Of a stretch of 64,000 nucleotides of DNA, positions 49,421-63,555 are shown in pieces. Where the stretch lies: NCBI RefSeq assembly GCF_009834535.1, contig NC_045696.1, forward strand, positions 86,678,001 to 86,742,000, read 5' to 3'. The notes under the pieces are model-generated. The model saw only the letters and a program-made list of their open reading frames with translations. It was not told where the DNA came from and did no database searches. The stretch is from Camelus ferus. Lineage: Eukaryota. The translations under genes and the position numbers were made by a program. Position 1 is the first letter of the stretch. Each line of letters begins with the position of its first letter.

Positions 49421-51354
49421 TATAAAGATTTCCCCAATGTGGGTATTTGAATAGGTTCAACAGACAACAAACAGCATACTCATATAACACTTTAATTTAA
49501 ACAAATGATATGGCTAGTAAGAAAATAAGAGTGCAGGCAAGTGTCAGTGGTCCTAGAGACATTCTATGTACAAACTCCCCTGAAAACCTTATTCACTCAT
49601 GACCCTGCTCTCTCTCCAGCTTTAGAAGAACTCAAAGCAGAAGTTCCTGGTGAGGGTTTTAAATACTTCCCCAGTCATTTAATCAAGAAAAGCTGACTGA
49701 ACTGATTAGGCCAGAGGCAAATCATCAGTAAAGAACTTATTTGTGACCACTAGGAAATTTTCAACTTTCAACTGCATGTATAGGTCTTCTCCTACCTTAG
49801 CCAAGGGTCAAAAATCAGATAGAGATAAAGAGATAAAGATTTTTCACCCCAGCTATAAAAGAGCTCTACGTGTAACAGATGGTTGAGCAAGTCCCTGCAG
49901 GCATCCACATGGCAGAGAGAGAATATTGAAAGCATGAAACAAAAGATATGGGATGTAGCTGAGCAAGGTGTTTCCAGGATAAACCTTCAACTACTCTCTG
50001 TTACAGCAATGGTGAACACAAAAAAGGTAGGTGAAAATATGTAGATAATGCATGAGAAATTTCCAACACAGAAAAAGAGTGCAGTGCCATTTATTGACTA
50101 AGGCTCTTAGACTATACTACTTGTGTTTAATACCTAAAAACTTAATACTTGTTTACAGGCAGTCTTGAAGTTCCTTATAGAAACATATGTGAATTGGTTA
50201 AGGGCCATAGCTTGTCAATATCACTGTACCATTTCTAAGTTCTTTGGAGAAATTTATTTTTCACTTAGGAGAGAAACTTAGCACTACTCTGAACCAAGAT
50301 AATATTAATAATAATAATAAGAAGAAGAAATTTGAGTTTTCTCATGTCAGGTTCACAATTATAAGGAATAAGCATTAACTGATTAAAACATATTTATAAA
50401 ATTATACTGTAGTCCCAACATGTACATAACTTGGCAATGAGTAATAAAAGTATACCTTAAAGAGAAAATCACAATGAATAGTTTTCACATTTCTTTGGGG
50501 GTTTAATTCTAGAATATTTAGTATACAGGATCATTATGAAATATAATGAATAGTAGGAGAGAAGCAGGAATAATTTTTTAAGGTAAAACATAACTTAATA
50601 TTTTCAAAAACCTACAATTGTGAACAAGGTGAGGAATGTCTGAAGATGCTCAGCAACCATGAGTGACTCTGAGTTGAAAAAAATTTCCAAAGTTTTTTTT
50701 GTTTTGTTGTTAAAAATCTTTAACAAAATTTAGAAGAGTGATTTGTAATGATATTGATCAATTTATACAAATTAGAAATGTTAGGAATTTTTTGGAAAAA
50801 ATGATGCCCTTTTATTTAGAAATAGCACTGGCTTACTATGACTTCACTTTTAAACAAAGGATAGAGATTTCATTTTTTAATATACATAATTCACCCTCTC
50901 CACATAGAAAAAGTAAATGTTCCTGTCTATGAAGCACACAATCACCCACAAAGTTGACAAGGCATGTAATTTCAGTCTTTCCCTTGGGGAAAACTATATG
51001 CAAGAAGAAGTAAGTATTATAGAGTTATACAAATTAAAATGGGAATATAATTGTGAATAAACAGATTATTGTACAAGTGATTTTTACTAAAAATAAGGTT
51101 CTTTTTTTAATAAAGTCAAATCTCCCTTACAATCATCCTATTGTTCTATATAGGATCAATTTTGACAGAGCATAATGATATATATCTATATAAATATACA
51201 AATGTATATATTAAGAATGATCAGAAATAATTTGTTTAAGAATACAAAATAAAATATTATAATCTAAAGACATAGTGAATAAAAGGGATTTAAAAAGATG
51301 AAAAACTATTTTTAATGGCTTCAGAAAACATTAAAAATTATAGAGAACAGTATG

Positions 51355-51780
51355 AGCAGTCAGGGTCCAATTAGGAGAATAAAATTTCACAATAATTTGA
51401 ATGAGAGACTTAAATGTCAATAATTATTAATTATAATAGGTGATTAACTATAAAAAGTAACAAAACCACTAAACAATATTCTAGTATGAGGGTGATTATT
51501 CAAGGGAAGGATAAATTTGGCAAAGAGTCTCTCCCAAGGTTGTAATTTAGATCTGGCAGGAAAAGGTATGGTCGCTACTCATGGATGGAGGAGAAATTTG
51601 TCAGGCTGTCCTGCAGAGGTGGCCTACAGTTAGTAGGCCAAAACTGGCACCTAAGAAATTGTAGGCCAAGACTAGAAATCTCAAAGCCTCTCTCAGGATT
51701 ACTGTGAGTGTAGGCTAGTGAACAGGAAAACTTAGCTCAGTCTAAAAAGCTGAAAACACCCTGATGAGATACAAGTAAGC
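51355..51780 (-). mobile_element. Ancient LTR (LTR78-like)
   Basis: agtcagggtccaattaggaga...cacaataatttgaat...aattattaattataataggtgattaacta. Confidence 0.5.
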
Positions 51781-51809
51781 AAGGCCAGGAAACTGACCTT
51801 AAGTCAGAT

Positions 51810-53650
51810 AAATAAACCACAAACTGCTTATGAAAAGATTGAAATATTTGATTATTGAATGTTTCCATTCATCAAAACATTATTTTAAAAATAAAAGCAC
51901 AAGACACAAACAAGGAAAAAATATTTACCACACTTATTTCCAAAAAGAGTTGATTATCTAGAATATGTAAGCAATTAATATCAACGAGAAACATATAAAC
52001 AACTCAATAGAAATAAAGGCAAATTTAAGAAAGTGTGTTTATCCTACATCATAAACAAAAATCAACTCAAAATGTATGAAAGACCTAAGCACAAGACCGG
52101 AAACTGTATGACTCCTAGATGAGAATATAGGGAGAAATTACCTTGACATTGACCTTGACAATGATTTGTTTTTTATATGACACCAAACTTTATGCAACAA
52201 AAGCAAAAATAAACTGGTGGGACTATATCAAACTACAGATCTTCTGCACAGCAAAGGAAACAATCAACAAAATGAAAAGAAAATCTATGGAATGAGAGAA
52301 AATACTTAAAACTATGTGTCCAATAAGGGGTTAATACCCAAAATACATAAGGAACTTATAGAATTCAATGGCAAAAAAACAAACAACAACAACAACAACA
52401 AAAATGAGCAGAAGATCTGAATAGACATTTTTTCAATAAAGATATACAGATGGCCAACATGTACATGAAAAGATGCTCAGTATCACTAATTATCAGGGAA
52501 GTGAAAATCAAAACCACAATAAGACATCAACTCACATCTATTAGAATGGCTATTATCAAAAATAATAAAAAGATACACAGTGTTAACAAGGATGTGGAGA
52601 AAGGGGTACCCTTGTATGCTGTTTGTGGGAATGTAAATTAGTATAGCCATTATGGAAAACTGTATGGAGTTTCCTCAAAAAACTGAAAATGGAGCTACCA
52701 TAAGATCCAGCAATCCTTCTTCTGGTTACATACCCAAAGAAAATGAAATCAATGCCTCAGAGGGATATCTAAACTCCCATACTCACTGCAGCATAATTCA
52801 CAACATCTAAGGCATGGAAACAACCTAAACGTTCATCAACAGATAAATGGATCAAAAAAATGTACATATACACATGGATTATTATTCAGTCCTAAAAATA
52901 AGGAAATTTTGCCATTTGTGACAACATGAATGAACATGGAGAATATTGTGTTAAGTAAAATAAGACAAACAAATAAAGAAAAAACTTCATGATTGCCATT
53001 TATAGGTGGAATCTTAAGAAGTTAAATACATAGAAGCAGAGAGTAGAATGCTAATTTTCAGGGGTGGAGAGAAGTAGATGAAATGAGGTATTGGTCCAAG
53101 GGTACAAAGTTGCAGTTATGTAGGACGAATAAATGTATTGGAAATCAAATGTATAGCAGAATGACTATGGTTAATAATAGTGTATTGAATACTGGAAATT
53201 TACTAAAATAGTAGATTTCAGGTGCTATCATCACCAAAAATTGGAAACCACCTAAGGAGATGATGTGTTAATTAACTTGATTATAATTATTCCAGTATGT
53301 GTGTATATATATGTTAATTATCATGCATCCTTAAACATATACAATTTGTATTAAAAATAAATTTAAGGAAGCACATTTTACTTAGGAGAAAATATAAAAT
53401 GCCAATAAATAAAAGGTGTTCAACTAAAACAGAAAGTAAGAAAATTCAAATTATAGCTAAATTAGGGTAGGATTTGAAACCTAACATATTGTCCAACTAA
53501 AAATACTTATAATGCAACAATGTTGGTTAAATGGTTAACCAAAGTAATTCTGACTTACAGTCTTGGTAGAACTATAAATTGATATAATTTCCTTGTAATT
53601 TGATATTTTCCAGGACACTTGAGTGTTTTCATAATCTATCATTTAGTAGT
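51810..53650 (+). mobile_element. Old L1ME-like ORF2 remnant (51810-52040 and 53359-53650) hosting a younger L1
   Basis: tctagaatatgtaagcaatt...aacaactcaatagaaataaaggcaa continues after the insert as gccaataaataaaaggtgttcaact. Confidence 0.6.
52041..53358 (+). mobile_element. 5'-truncated L1 (L1MA9/10-like) ORF2 end plus 3' UTR with a degenerate 20-bp TSD
   Basis: [29 protein letters not shown]; 3' UTR ggtccaagggtacaaagttgcagttatgtagg; TSD at 52021-52040 and 53359-53378. Confidence 0.9.
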
Positions 53651-53657
53651 TCAAATA

Positions 53658-54530
53658 TGTGTTAGCCTGGTTCCTCCAAAAGCCAACATCAAGGCAAGAT
53701 TTAACATGGAAGAATTGTATTATGGCAAATGCCTACTTGAGAGAACAGGAAATCCTTGAGCCAACTTTGACCATCTGAGGAATCCCATCTCTTCCAGAAA
53801 CAAGCCTGTATAAATGTCACTCCTGCACTCCATCATTGGCTGGGAGCAGTCCATAGAAAGCATGGTCTCCAAATAAAGAGGATTACAGATTTTAGAGAGT
53901 AGCTACTTGATCAAATGCATTCCCTGTAGTTGGAGCTTTATTTTAATAACCACCAGTCTTCACTGTGCCACACAAATCTATTTTCCATATAGGTTCATGG
54001 TAGTATAGCTCCTCCATGGTTCCCAAGTGCCTTTTTGCCTGAATGAGGTTAGTCCATCACTTCAGCTGAACCACAACTGGTACTAATCATCTCCCGAACT
54101 GCCATCCATTCTAATTTCCCTTTAACTTAAACTATCACTGAAGTAGGTTAACCTGATGCTGTGTCCCAAATTTCTGTTACTGAAACCTCAATATTCTCTG
54201 ATCTGCTTGCTGCACAAGTTCATTTGCAGTTCAGATGGATCACAGGAGCATTAAGAGGCACCTATGTGGACTATGTGGCTTGCACACATATGCCTTCTTG
54301 TCCAGATTGTGTAAAAGCAGCCCTACTCCTGCTGATCACACTCTGCTGGTATGGTGACTCTTCTTTTCACCTGCCAGTACCTGGGCACAGAGTTCAAAAT
54401 GTCTTGGCAACAGCTATGGCAGGTAATTCACTAATATCTTTTTGTGTTCCCTGGCAAGAGAGCACCTCTTTTGATGAACCAGTATTTCTGAATCCTCAAA
54501 GCCCAGATTTGTGGTAAAGGGGAGCATAAT
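53658..54530 (-). mobile_element. ERVL LTR (about 53658-53955) with adjoining internal sequence (ERV3-16A3/LTR16-LTR67-like)
   Basis: tgtgttagcctggttcctccaaaagccaacatcaaggcaagattta...cattggctgggagcag, then gccacacaaatctattttccatatagg...cctgccagtacctgggcacagagttcaaaatg. Confidence 0.6.
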
Positions 54531-55585
54531 TGCCCTTCTGAATCACTAGAAATGATAGTAATTAGAGTTCCTCCTACTTAACCTAGAGGGGCAGAGGCCC
54601 AGATAGCCTTTCCTTTGAGAACACAGCACTGCATTGAAGTTTCTGGGTGGTGCAGTACATGATCTGGCTAGGAGACCCCGTGGTTGTGTGCCCATCCCTG
54701 CATGCTCTTCTCCTTGAATGTAACATTCCAGACTGAAGATTATGCCTTGGAGGTTGCATTGCTTATGTATCTGGCATTACACAAGCCCCAGGGAGTTGAA
54801 CCTAACACCTTATAAATTTTTTTAACACTAATACAAATATCATACACAGAGCTGCAATTGGGCCTAATATGTGGTTAAGTCTAGGTAGTGTATATACTTT
54901 TTTCCCATGATCCATCCGGTTTCTTGAAAAAGCTGACAGGTGAACTAAATGGAAATATGATAAAGACCAACACGTCTGTTTTTGTTTTTTTTTTTAGACT
55001 GTACCTCAATTTAAGTTTGTTAAGGTATTTTTCTGATAATTATTCTGGAGTTAAGGGTTTGGGGGAAAATTATCAGAGATGAGATACTCTTCTCATCATC
55101 AAATCAGGGTAAATGTGGTACCAATATGGCTTAGGATTCATATTGATCTTGATTACTTGGATAAGAAGAAGTCTGCCAAGTTTCTCTACAGTAAAATTAC
55201 TTTTATTCTTTTTCTTTCCATACTCTGTTGTTGTAACATAGTTGCTAAAACAAACCTACATTCAAAGGGAAGGAAATTAAACTCCAAATCTAGGAAGGAA
55301 GAGTATCAAAAGTCTATAGACATATGTTACAGACATCATAGCAATTCATAAATAATTTGAAGATACTTTGAATCTATCAAATATTTGTTTTTTCCTTAAA
55401 GTTTAGCATGCTAATTTTATCATTCAACTGTGGATGTTGTGTATGTAATTATTATTGTGGTGTTAATGGTGATTTTCTATTTCCCACATTTCTATATTTA
55501 CTATCTGGAATTCAGTTAGGAAGATGTGTTTCTTCTCCTTTGTTTGTTTGTTTGTTTATTATTCATTCACTCATTTATATAAAGC

Positions 55586-56182
55586 TGTAATAGTTTTAGA
55601 TTACTGCACAGCAAATGGCTACAAATTTAGCAGTTTAAAACAACACATATTTATTAGCTCACAGTTCAGTATTCAGAACTGTGGAAAGATGTGACTAGGT
55701 TCTCTGGTCAGGGACTCCTTAAGGGTGAAATCAAGGTGTCAACCAGGCTAAATTCACCTCTGGAAACTTCAGAGTGAAAGTCCATTTCCAAACTCATTCC
55801 TGTGGTTATAATATGGAGGTCCCTCTTTCTCTGCTGGCTGTCAGATGGAGGCAGGTTCTTATCTAGTGCCACCTTCAGCTCTATCGAAATGATCATCTAT
55901 AGGCAATTCACAGCATGGATGTTTGCTTTCTTTTAGGCCAGATGGGGCAGGTCTCTCAGACTTTCTCTTCAGTGATTAGTGACTGAGAATGCTCCCTAAA
56001 GGGCTCATGTGATTATGTCAGGATTTTTTGGATAATCTCTCTCTGGAGATAAATGTTACCATATAACATAGCCTAATTGTGGGAGGGATATCCATTATAG
56101 TCGTTGTTCTGGAAATTATTCAGGGCATGTACACTAAGAGAATTGAAAATCTTCGGCAGCATCTTACATTCTGCCTATAACA
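55586..56182 (-). mobile_element. MaLR solo LTR (MLT1E-like)
   Basis: tgtaatagtttt...caaatttagcagtttaaaacaacacatatttattagctcacagttc...aaatcaaggtgtcaaccaggct...catcttacattctgcctataaca. Confidence 0.85.
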
Positions 56183-56589
56183 GAATGAACCCTTTTTTTT
56201 TAAATTCTTCGGGTTAAATCCAATATTATCATCATGTATTTTATTGCTATATTTGTACCAGACTTGGTCATTGAAAGCTCTTTCAGGATGGATGCTATAT
56301 TATTTTGACCTACCAGCATCCGTTTATTTTTTTATTTTTTAGTACTCTTTCACTTTCTGACACTACAGAGGTTTCAGGCCCACCTTGAATATTCCCTGAT
56401 CAGCATTAGAATATGTCATTTCACCAATGAGGTCTGGTTCCTTTTATCAGAGAATTATATTTAGAAAACAAGATCAGGATGCTGGGTATGCATGTTGCTA
56501 CTGAGGTGTCCTTGTTTTTATGGCAGATGATGAGAGATACCTCTCAGATGGCAGAGCAAGAAATATTTGTATGTAGACTAACAAACCCA

Positions 56590-56629
<40 letters not shown>

Positions 56630-56730
56630 ATCTATCCAGCCATGTATTTATCTATCCATCCATGTATTTATCTATCTATCCATCTGCTTGATTACCTATC
56701 ATCTATCACATATCTATCTATATATCTATA
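56590..56730. repeat. (TCTA)n tetranucleotide repeat with degenerate extension
   Basis: About 10 perfect ATCT units followed by degenerate copies. Confidence 0.93.
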
Positions 56731-56761
56731 TTAAGCTAAACATGAATTCATGCTGCTATCT

Positions 56762-56895
56762 TAAAGCCAGAAAGAGAGTTCTCACCAGGAACCATATCTG
56801 CAAGCACCTTCTCAGTCTCCAGAACTGTGAAAAGTAAATTTATTTAAGACCAGCCAATCTATCATACTTTGTTATGGCAGCCTGAGCTAAGGCAA
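56762..56895 (+). mobile_element. MLT1A/B-like LTR 3' fragment
   Basis: aagccagaaagagagttctcaccaggaacc...cagtctccagaactgtgaaaa...tttgttatggcagcctgagctaaggca. Confidence 0.75.
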
Positions 56896-56899
56896 ATGT

Positions 56900-58720
56900 T
56901 GAAAATCCTTTCATACACTTATTTTTAATCTATGTACCTTCTTTGATGAGTACCCATTACTACTACACTCTTAGATTGTTTTTGTAATATATAATTGGCT
57001 TGTTTTCTTATAAAGTATAACTTAATTTTTTTCTTTCATTATTCATGCTTTTGATGTTGAATCTAAAAATTAATGACCAAACTGAAGGTCATACAGATTT
57101 TCACTTTTGTTTTCTTCTAGCCGTGTCATAGTTTTAAATTTTAGATGCAAACCTTTGAAAAATTTGAGTTAAATTTGTATAAAATGTGAGCCTGTATAAA
57201 GCTTTATGGTTTTTTTTTGTTTGTTTGTTTTAACATATGGGCTTCCAAATGTTCCAGGGCATTTTATTGAAAACACTGACCTTTCTCTGTTAAATTGACA
57301 TTGCACTCTGGTCTAAAATCAGACTATGTTTGTATGCATCTACTTTGGTATTCTCCATTCTGTTTTATTAACCTATGTGTTCATTTTTTGCTGATACATT
57401 CACTGAATTACTGTAGATTTATACTAATTCTATTATTCAAGTAGTGTGAATTCTACAACTCAGTTTCTTCTTCTTCTTCTTCCCTCCTCTTCCTTTTCCT
57501 CCTCTTCCTCCTCCTCCTTCTCCTCCTTTTCCTCCTCCTCCTCTTTTCTTCTCCTTCTTCTTCTTCTTCAAATTATTCTGGTTATTACAGTTCTTTGGTC
57601 TTTTCATATTTATATAAGAACAGTCTGTCAATATCTGTAACAAGCTGGTTGGGATTTTGATTAGAATTGCTTTGAATTTGTAGATCAAATTGGGAGCAAT
57701 TGACATCTTAAAAAAAGAATCTTCCAAACCATAAGTATGGGTATCTATTTTTTCATTTAGATCTTTCTTCATTTATTTCTTTCATCAGTGTCTTATAGCT
57801 TTCCATACACAAAGAACATATATAATTTGTTAGGTTAAACCTAAGTATTTAACTTTTGTTGTTGCTGTGTAAATATTATCATTTTTAAAATGGCATTGTT
57901 CATGTTGGTATTTAAGAAAGCATTAGATTTTTGTATATTGACTTTATACCCTGCCTTCTTCTGATACTCACAATTAGTTCCAAGAGATATTTGGAGATTA
58001 ATTGAGGTTTTCTAATTAAGCAATCATGCCATCTGGGAATAGAGTTTTGTTTCTTCCTTTCCAGTATGTACATATTTTAGCTCTTTTTCTTGTCTCATTT
58101 AGAACTTCCAGTAGATGTTGAATCATTTTGGTAAGATAAGACATCCTACCCTTTTTCTTGATCTTAAGAGGAAAACACATTCAATCCTCCATCATTAAGC
58201 ATGATGTTAGCTGTGGGCTTTTGTAGATATTCTTTTTTAAGTTAAGGAAGTGACCAGTTATGATTTTCTGAGGGTTTATATTAGGCATAGGTTTTGGATT
58301 TTGCCAATGCTTTTTCTGCATCACTTTATATTATCATATCATTTTTCTTTTTTTAGACTGCTGATGTAGTGGATTATGCTGATTGATTTTCAAATGTTGA
58401 ACTAGCCTTGCGTGACTATAATAAATGCCACTTAATGTGGTGTACGACACCTTCTAAACATTGTTAGATTTGGTTTGCATCTATGTTCATGACAGATACT
58501 GGTCTTTAGTTCTCTTGTCTTGGAATGACTTTATTTGGTTTTGGTATTGATCTCATGGAATAAGTTAGGATGTGTTCCTTCAGCTTCTATTTTCCGGAAG
58601 AGATTATGGAGAATTGGTGTTACTTTTATTTTAAATGGTAGAATTCACTAGTGGAAACATCTTGGGTCAATGCTTTCTGTTTGGGAAGGTTATTAATTAT
58701 TCGTTGAATTTCTTTGATAG
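56900..58720 (-). mobile_element. Older L1 (L1M/L1MB-like) ORF2 fragment
   Basis: Minus-strand peptide NLIYKFKAILIKIPT; ttgggattttgattagaattgctttgaatttgtagatcaa; atgatgttagctgtgggcttttgtagat. Confidence 0.85.
57464..57569. repeat. (CTT/CCT)n pure polypyrimidine tract
   Basis: About 106 nt containing only C and T on the + strand. Confidence 0.95.
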
Positions 58721-61700
58721 ATATAGGGGCACATGGTATTTTTCTCCATTCTTTTACTTTTAACTTAAATACACTTGTCTTAATTTCCCTATACATTGCT
58801 ATAAAAATACACTACATTGTTATTTCAGATACCTCTAGTAAAAACATTGTTTTTGTCTTCATATTTGTGTTAGAGTCTTACATCTCTATCACTCCTCAGA
58901 AAAAAAATCTGTCTCTTGCAGCCTTACTAGCCATATTCCACTGTTACTTTTATTAAAATCTTATTAGATTTGTGTTTGGGTGGGGCAGGGATGGAATTTT
59001 CTTTTATGGCCCAATTAGGCTTCAGTCTTCGTAGGTATTGAGAATCCAGGTATCAAGTGTGTGCCTTTAACAAGTGTTACTCTCTGTCCCTCCTCCACTG
59101 GAACACTGTGCCCAGCATATATCCTTCCACCTTTCTCAGATGCAATGGATTTTTACTCTACACCCAGGCTTCAGTTTTGTGTTTGTTTTTGCTTTTGCCT
59201 TTGAAGATTAAGGCTTTCCTCAATAAAGCAGATAGAGAGATGGGTTCGGACAGATTTTCTTATGTGCATATTATTTTAGAACATTTATAACAGAATAATT
59301 TTTAATTTGTAATACAGAAATGCTTTTTAGTCATTAGATTAAAAGTGTATGTTGCAGTGCTAAGTAAAAGGACTATTTTATGAAGCTATAAATCTAGGAA
59401 TTAATAAATAATATTTACTGCTAATGGTCAATTAGCATATTGTTTTCCCCAGCCACTTTAAATGGCTAAAACAAATGTAATTTAGCTTGTTTCTTTCTGT
59501 TCTTATAAAATAGTAATAATCTCTAAAGATGGAAAGTATTCAAAGCATAAATAAATCCTTCATATGTAAAAATTTTCACTTTCATGGTATTTTAGTTAAG
59601 AATTAATAAGTAATATAGATTGTCTTGTTATGAGAAAAAAATGTTTCCCTATTTTGTAGTTGTCAAGAAATGCAGTGATGGATCTTAATACATTTATAAG
59701 GCATATCTTGAAATATAACTATTTCTCATTATTTCAAATAATTCACACCTTTCTAATTTTACAGAGACTAAAAATAAATTTATAAATTTGTAAATGTTGA
59801 TGCAATTAGAGTGACTATATTATTTATTCTATTGTAGAAATGGACTCCCATTATAAGTAATATACAACTTAGGATATGCTGAAAGAAAGACAAATAGGTG
59901 ACAGCAAAATGACAAGATATGTCAACAGATGACACTTATTTTCAAGACAGAGTTGAACTAACTAGGTAAAATATTTGACAGCTTAAGGAACAACTGTATG
60001 AAGAATTTCTTCAGAGAGATGTTCTTTCCACTGCTGGAAATGAGTTTTATCAAAATCCTGAAAAATGAGGAAGGGTTTTTGTCTCTTCATTTTTGGAGGG
60101 AGAAGTATTGATTTTTGTAAGTAATTAATGGGAAAGGCAATTTAAAGGTTCAACTTACATATGAATCCAAATGCTCATAGCAAATTTCTTCACTATGTTC
60201 ATGATCTTTTATGACTTTTGATGACTTTATTAAGCCTTATTCACAACCTGACAGTGAGAAAAGAGTGAAGAAATAACAAAAAAATGTAGTGTAGGCTTTC
60301 AATACAATACTCTATAAATGATAACAGAATAAAAAGGGAATTGTTGTCTTGCCTAGTAAGATTAGATATCTATTTGAAAATAGAGAATTGGACATAGAAA
60401 TACTGTGGTCTTCTATTTTTCTTTAATAAACGCAGCAATCCTTACATAAGAAAAGCTTATTTTCAGAAAGCACACTAATTTTTGCCTTGGGTATTAGAAG
60501 ACGTTTATACTAAAGAATTTGTAATTTTCTGCAAAACAACATATTAAATGATTTGATTTCTAGAGCTACTGATTTCCTTTATGTGATAGGCAGAAATCAG
60601 CATATATTAAACACTTTTCTTATCAACAAGTCATCCTGCTGCTCATCTTTACAATATACTGCCTTGTTTACTTAGTAAAAAGTTGATAAGAGTTTTATCA
60701 GTGATTACCATGTGATGTCAACATAAGTAACTACAGTTGTTAAGTATGTTTAAGTAAGACTAAGTTTTTCAAAGTTTTTTTGAAAGCTGGGTTTTGCATA
60801 TTTACTCAAGGTGTAAAATAGTGATTTCACGAGAATAATGAGGCCATTTTGGTTAAAATCTTTCAAGTAAACTTGGAGAGAACATGAGAACTAAATATGT
60901 ACTTAACTTCAAATAAGTTCACTGAATTTTTCCATTTATAATACTTCTTTATAATTATATTTTGTTTAATCAGAAGGAAGATATCTTCTCTAAATATTAC
61001 TTTTAAATTAAAAAAAAAGTATTCAGAAAAATGAAGGAAGAATCTACTATAAGGTCTCCTTTACTGACTAACATTTTTTGTAGTTTGAGTAAATATAAAA
61101 CATGACTATATTTTTCTCCTTTTAAAAAACTGGAAAGAGGAAAGGATTGAAATTTTTAAATAGCAAAAAATATATATTTTCAGGAACAAGAATTCTTTTT
61201 GTAGGAGAATCAAATTCCATTGTGCTTAGTGATCCTCACACTCTGTGTTTAAATTGTGCTGTGGGATCTGAAGCAATTAGCCTGAAATGTGGGAAACTGA
61301 TAGCGAGGACATCCTGCAACACGACAGATTGGGAGGATGCAGAATGACCCTCCTCCAGGTATATTAAAAATATATAAAAATTTTGGTATAATTTTTTAAA
61401 AAGTCTGTCAGAGTCAAAGAGTAAAAGAAAAGCAAAACTCTTAACTTGTAGAATTGAAGAGAAAAGGCAAAAATTGTGAGGTGAGTTAAGAGCAATGTCA
61501 TGGCAGGCCAGGGTTATCAGCTATAATTTAGATTTCAGGCATTATTTTTAATTTGAGGATGGTGACCTATTAGGGATTACTAAAATCAGTCTAGTGGGTC
61601 CTGTCGGGAAAAAAACTCTGAATATTAAAATTAGGTGAAAATATTACTTACATTATTCTTAGTGGATTGCCTGCGTTAAACCTTTGTTGAGGTTTTCCTG

Positions 61701-63555
61701 ACTAGGCTATATTCTAATGGCATATGTGCAGAAAGTAACTTGTAGATTTTTTTATTTGGGAAAGATGGGAATAATTGATTCCATTAGATATAATAACACT
61801 ATGAGTTACAGTTTATTAACCAGTTTGTATCTTACCCCGAGATTTTATCCTAACATTCTTTTATAAAATTTCATATTCATAGTTTGTAAAATTCTCATTT
61901 GAACCTGCTTTAATGTCTTACTAGCTCTCTTATAAATAGGGTAAATAAAATTATCAAAGCATACTTATTTTTTATTTGAATGAGTTTTTGTCTACTTTTT
62001 GGAAATCACACTTGATGAGCTGTGAGTAACATTAATCGAAATAAATTTCATAATAAAGTTAAGTTTTATTTTTGGAAATGTGGTTTTGTGTCTGTATATA
62101 TTATGGTGTATATTCGAAGTAGATTACAATATATATGAAAATGTCTTACTATTTCAAAGCTATTGTTCTAGGGTCTAGGGTTTGTGTTGTTAATTCCCAT
62201 CAAAGTATTTTCTAAAAATCTATTGGCATGTATTGAGAACTAAGCCCCTTGCAAAAAGCTAGAAGCATAAAAAAGCTGTATTCTCTGTGAAGCCAGATCT
62301 AGATAAACCTCTTTCTGGCCCAACAAGGCAGAAGTATACTTTTTCATTCATCTAGTCTTAGGTAGTGAAAAAAATCACCAAAAAAACCCTTCAAACACAA
62401 ACTTACATTATGAAAATGCATGAGAGGTTCTAAATTTATGCTACATGGTTATATAAGAACCCCAGCCATAGCAATACACATGTAATAGATTTGGTCTTGA
62501 AAGCTTCACTGTAAAAGCAAACTCAGATCTACTGTAGGCGTATATCAATAAGAACCTAACCGAACCCACCCCCTCCAAATTGGTTTAAAATAAAGAAGTT
62601 ATAATGATATATTAAATTATTTTAAAAGTAACTCAATATAAAAAGCCAAAATAATTAGCATAGTAAGTAGAGAACCTAGAACATTCTAAATATTATAAAA
62701 TATATATATATATAAAAATGAAGAAAAAATTTAAAAAGAGAAAGACACCTTTACAAAAAAATGAACAATATAAATAAGGTCAGTAGGTTTAACATTGAAA
62801 GTAGGTGTATTACTTTATCTTCAAATTTAGGTAGGTTGAAGTGCTAGATACTTAACAACCAAAGTCAGCAAACCAGAACTTAGAAGTTATTCTGGTATGA
62901 ATAAAAGAAACTGGATGAATATTTTTGTTCCACATTTAGTAGGTATGGAACCCTGGGTGATTTACTTTACCTTCTACAGCCCACATTTCTCTTTTATTAA
63001 TAATACCCCTAGAGTTGTTATACGAATATTTACTGTTAAAAACCAAAACAAACCAAAAACCAACAAACAAACAAAACCCCAAATCAAACACATAATAGTA
63101 CCTGGAACAGATCTTAGCTATAAATATTATTATTAATATTATCATCATCATTTAATTTTTCAAGGAATTGAATTCTGATGCATACAGAGATATCACTATT
63201 TACTTAGAGAAAGTAAATTCTTCTGCATTGTTGTTTTCTTTGACTTTTAAGATAAGATTTCTTGAGAGATTATCTGAAACTAATTTACACCTACTACAAA
63301 AAAAGCATCTGGATTATTGGTAACATAAATTATAGCCAAACGGAATAAACACAGCTAGCCAGACACAAAAGATTTACTTATTCTGTTTTTATTAGTTCTA
63401 AATCAACTGTTCAAAAAGGGTAGTCTGGGGAATTGAAAATAAAATAGCTTTATATTCACTTGTCTGTAACATAGATATTGATAAACATAAATCAAAAGGT
63501 AGCATAAGGATAAAATGTGAGTATGAATATAAAATTGAAACCTTCACAGATATTG

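Larger units (their letters stand above)
54995..56760 (-). mobile_element. L1MC-type 3' fragment interrupted by an MLT1 LTR
   Basis: gatcttgattacttggataagaagaagtctgccaagtttctc; resumes ccagacttggtcattgaaagctctttcagg...atttagaaaacaagatcaggatgctgggtatgc. Confidence 0.7.

Noticed and set aside
54161..54517. 118-aa + strand ORF
   Set aside because: It lies antisense within degraded ERVL internal sequence, starts at GTG and has no recognisable domain
57437..57772. ORFs with poly-K/G and poly-S/L runs
   Set aside because: Translation artefacts of the CTT/CCT tract inside an L1
61290..61500. Possible exon or promoter around the 66-aa ORF end
   Set aside because: No convincing splice pair; it loosely resembles an old L1ME 5' end but too weakly to annotate
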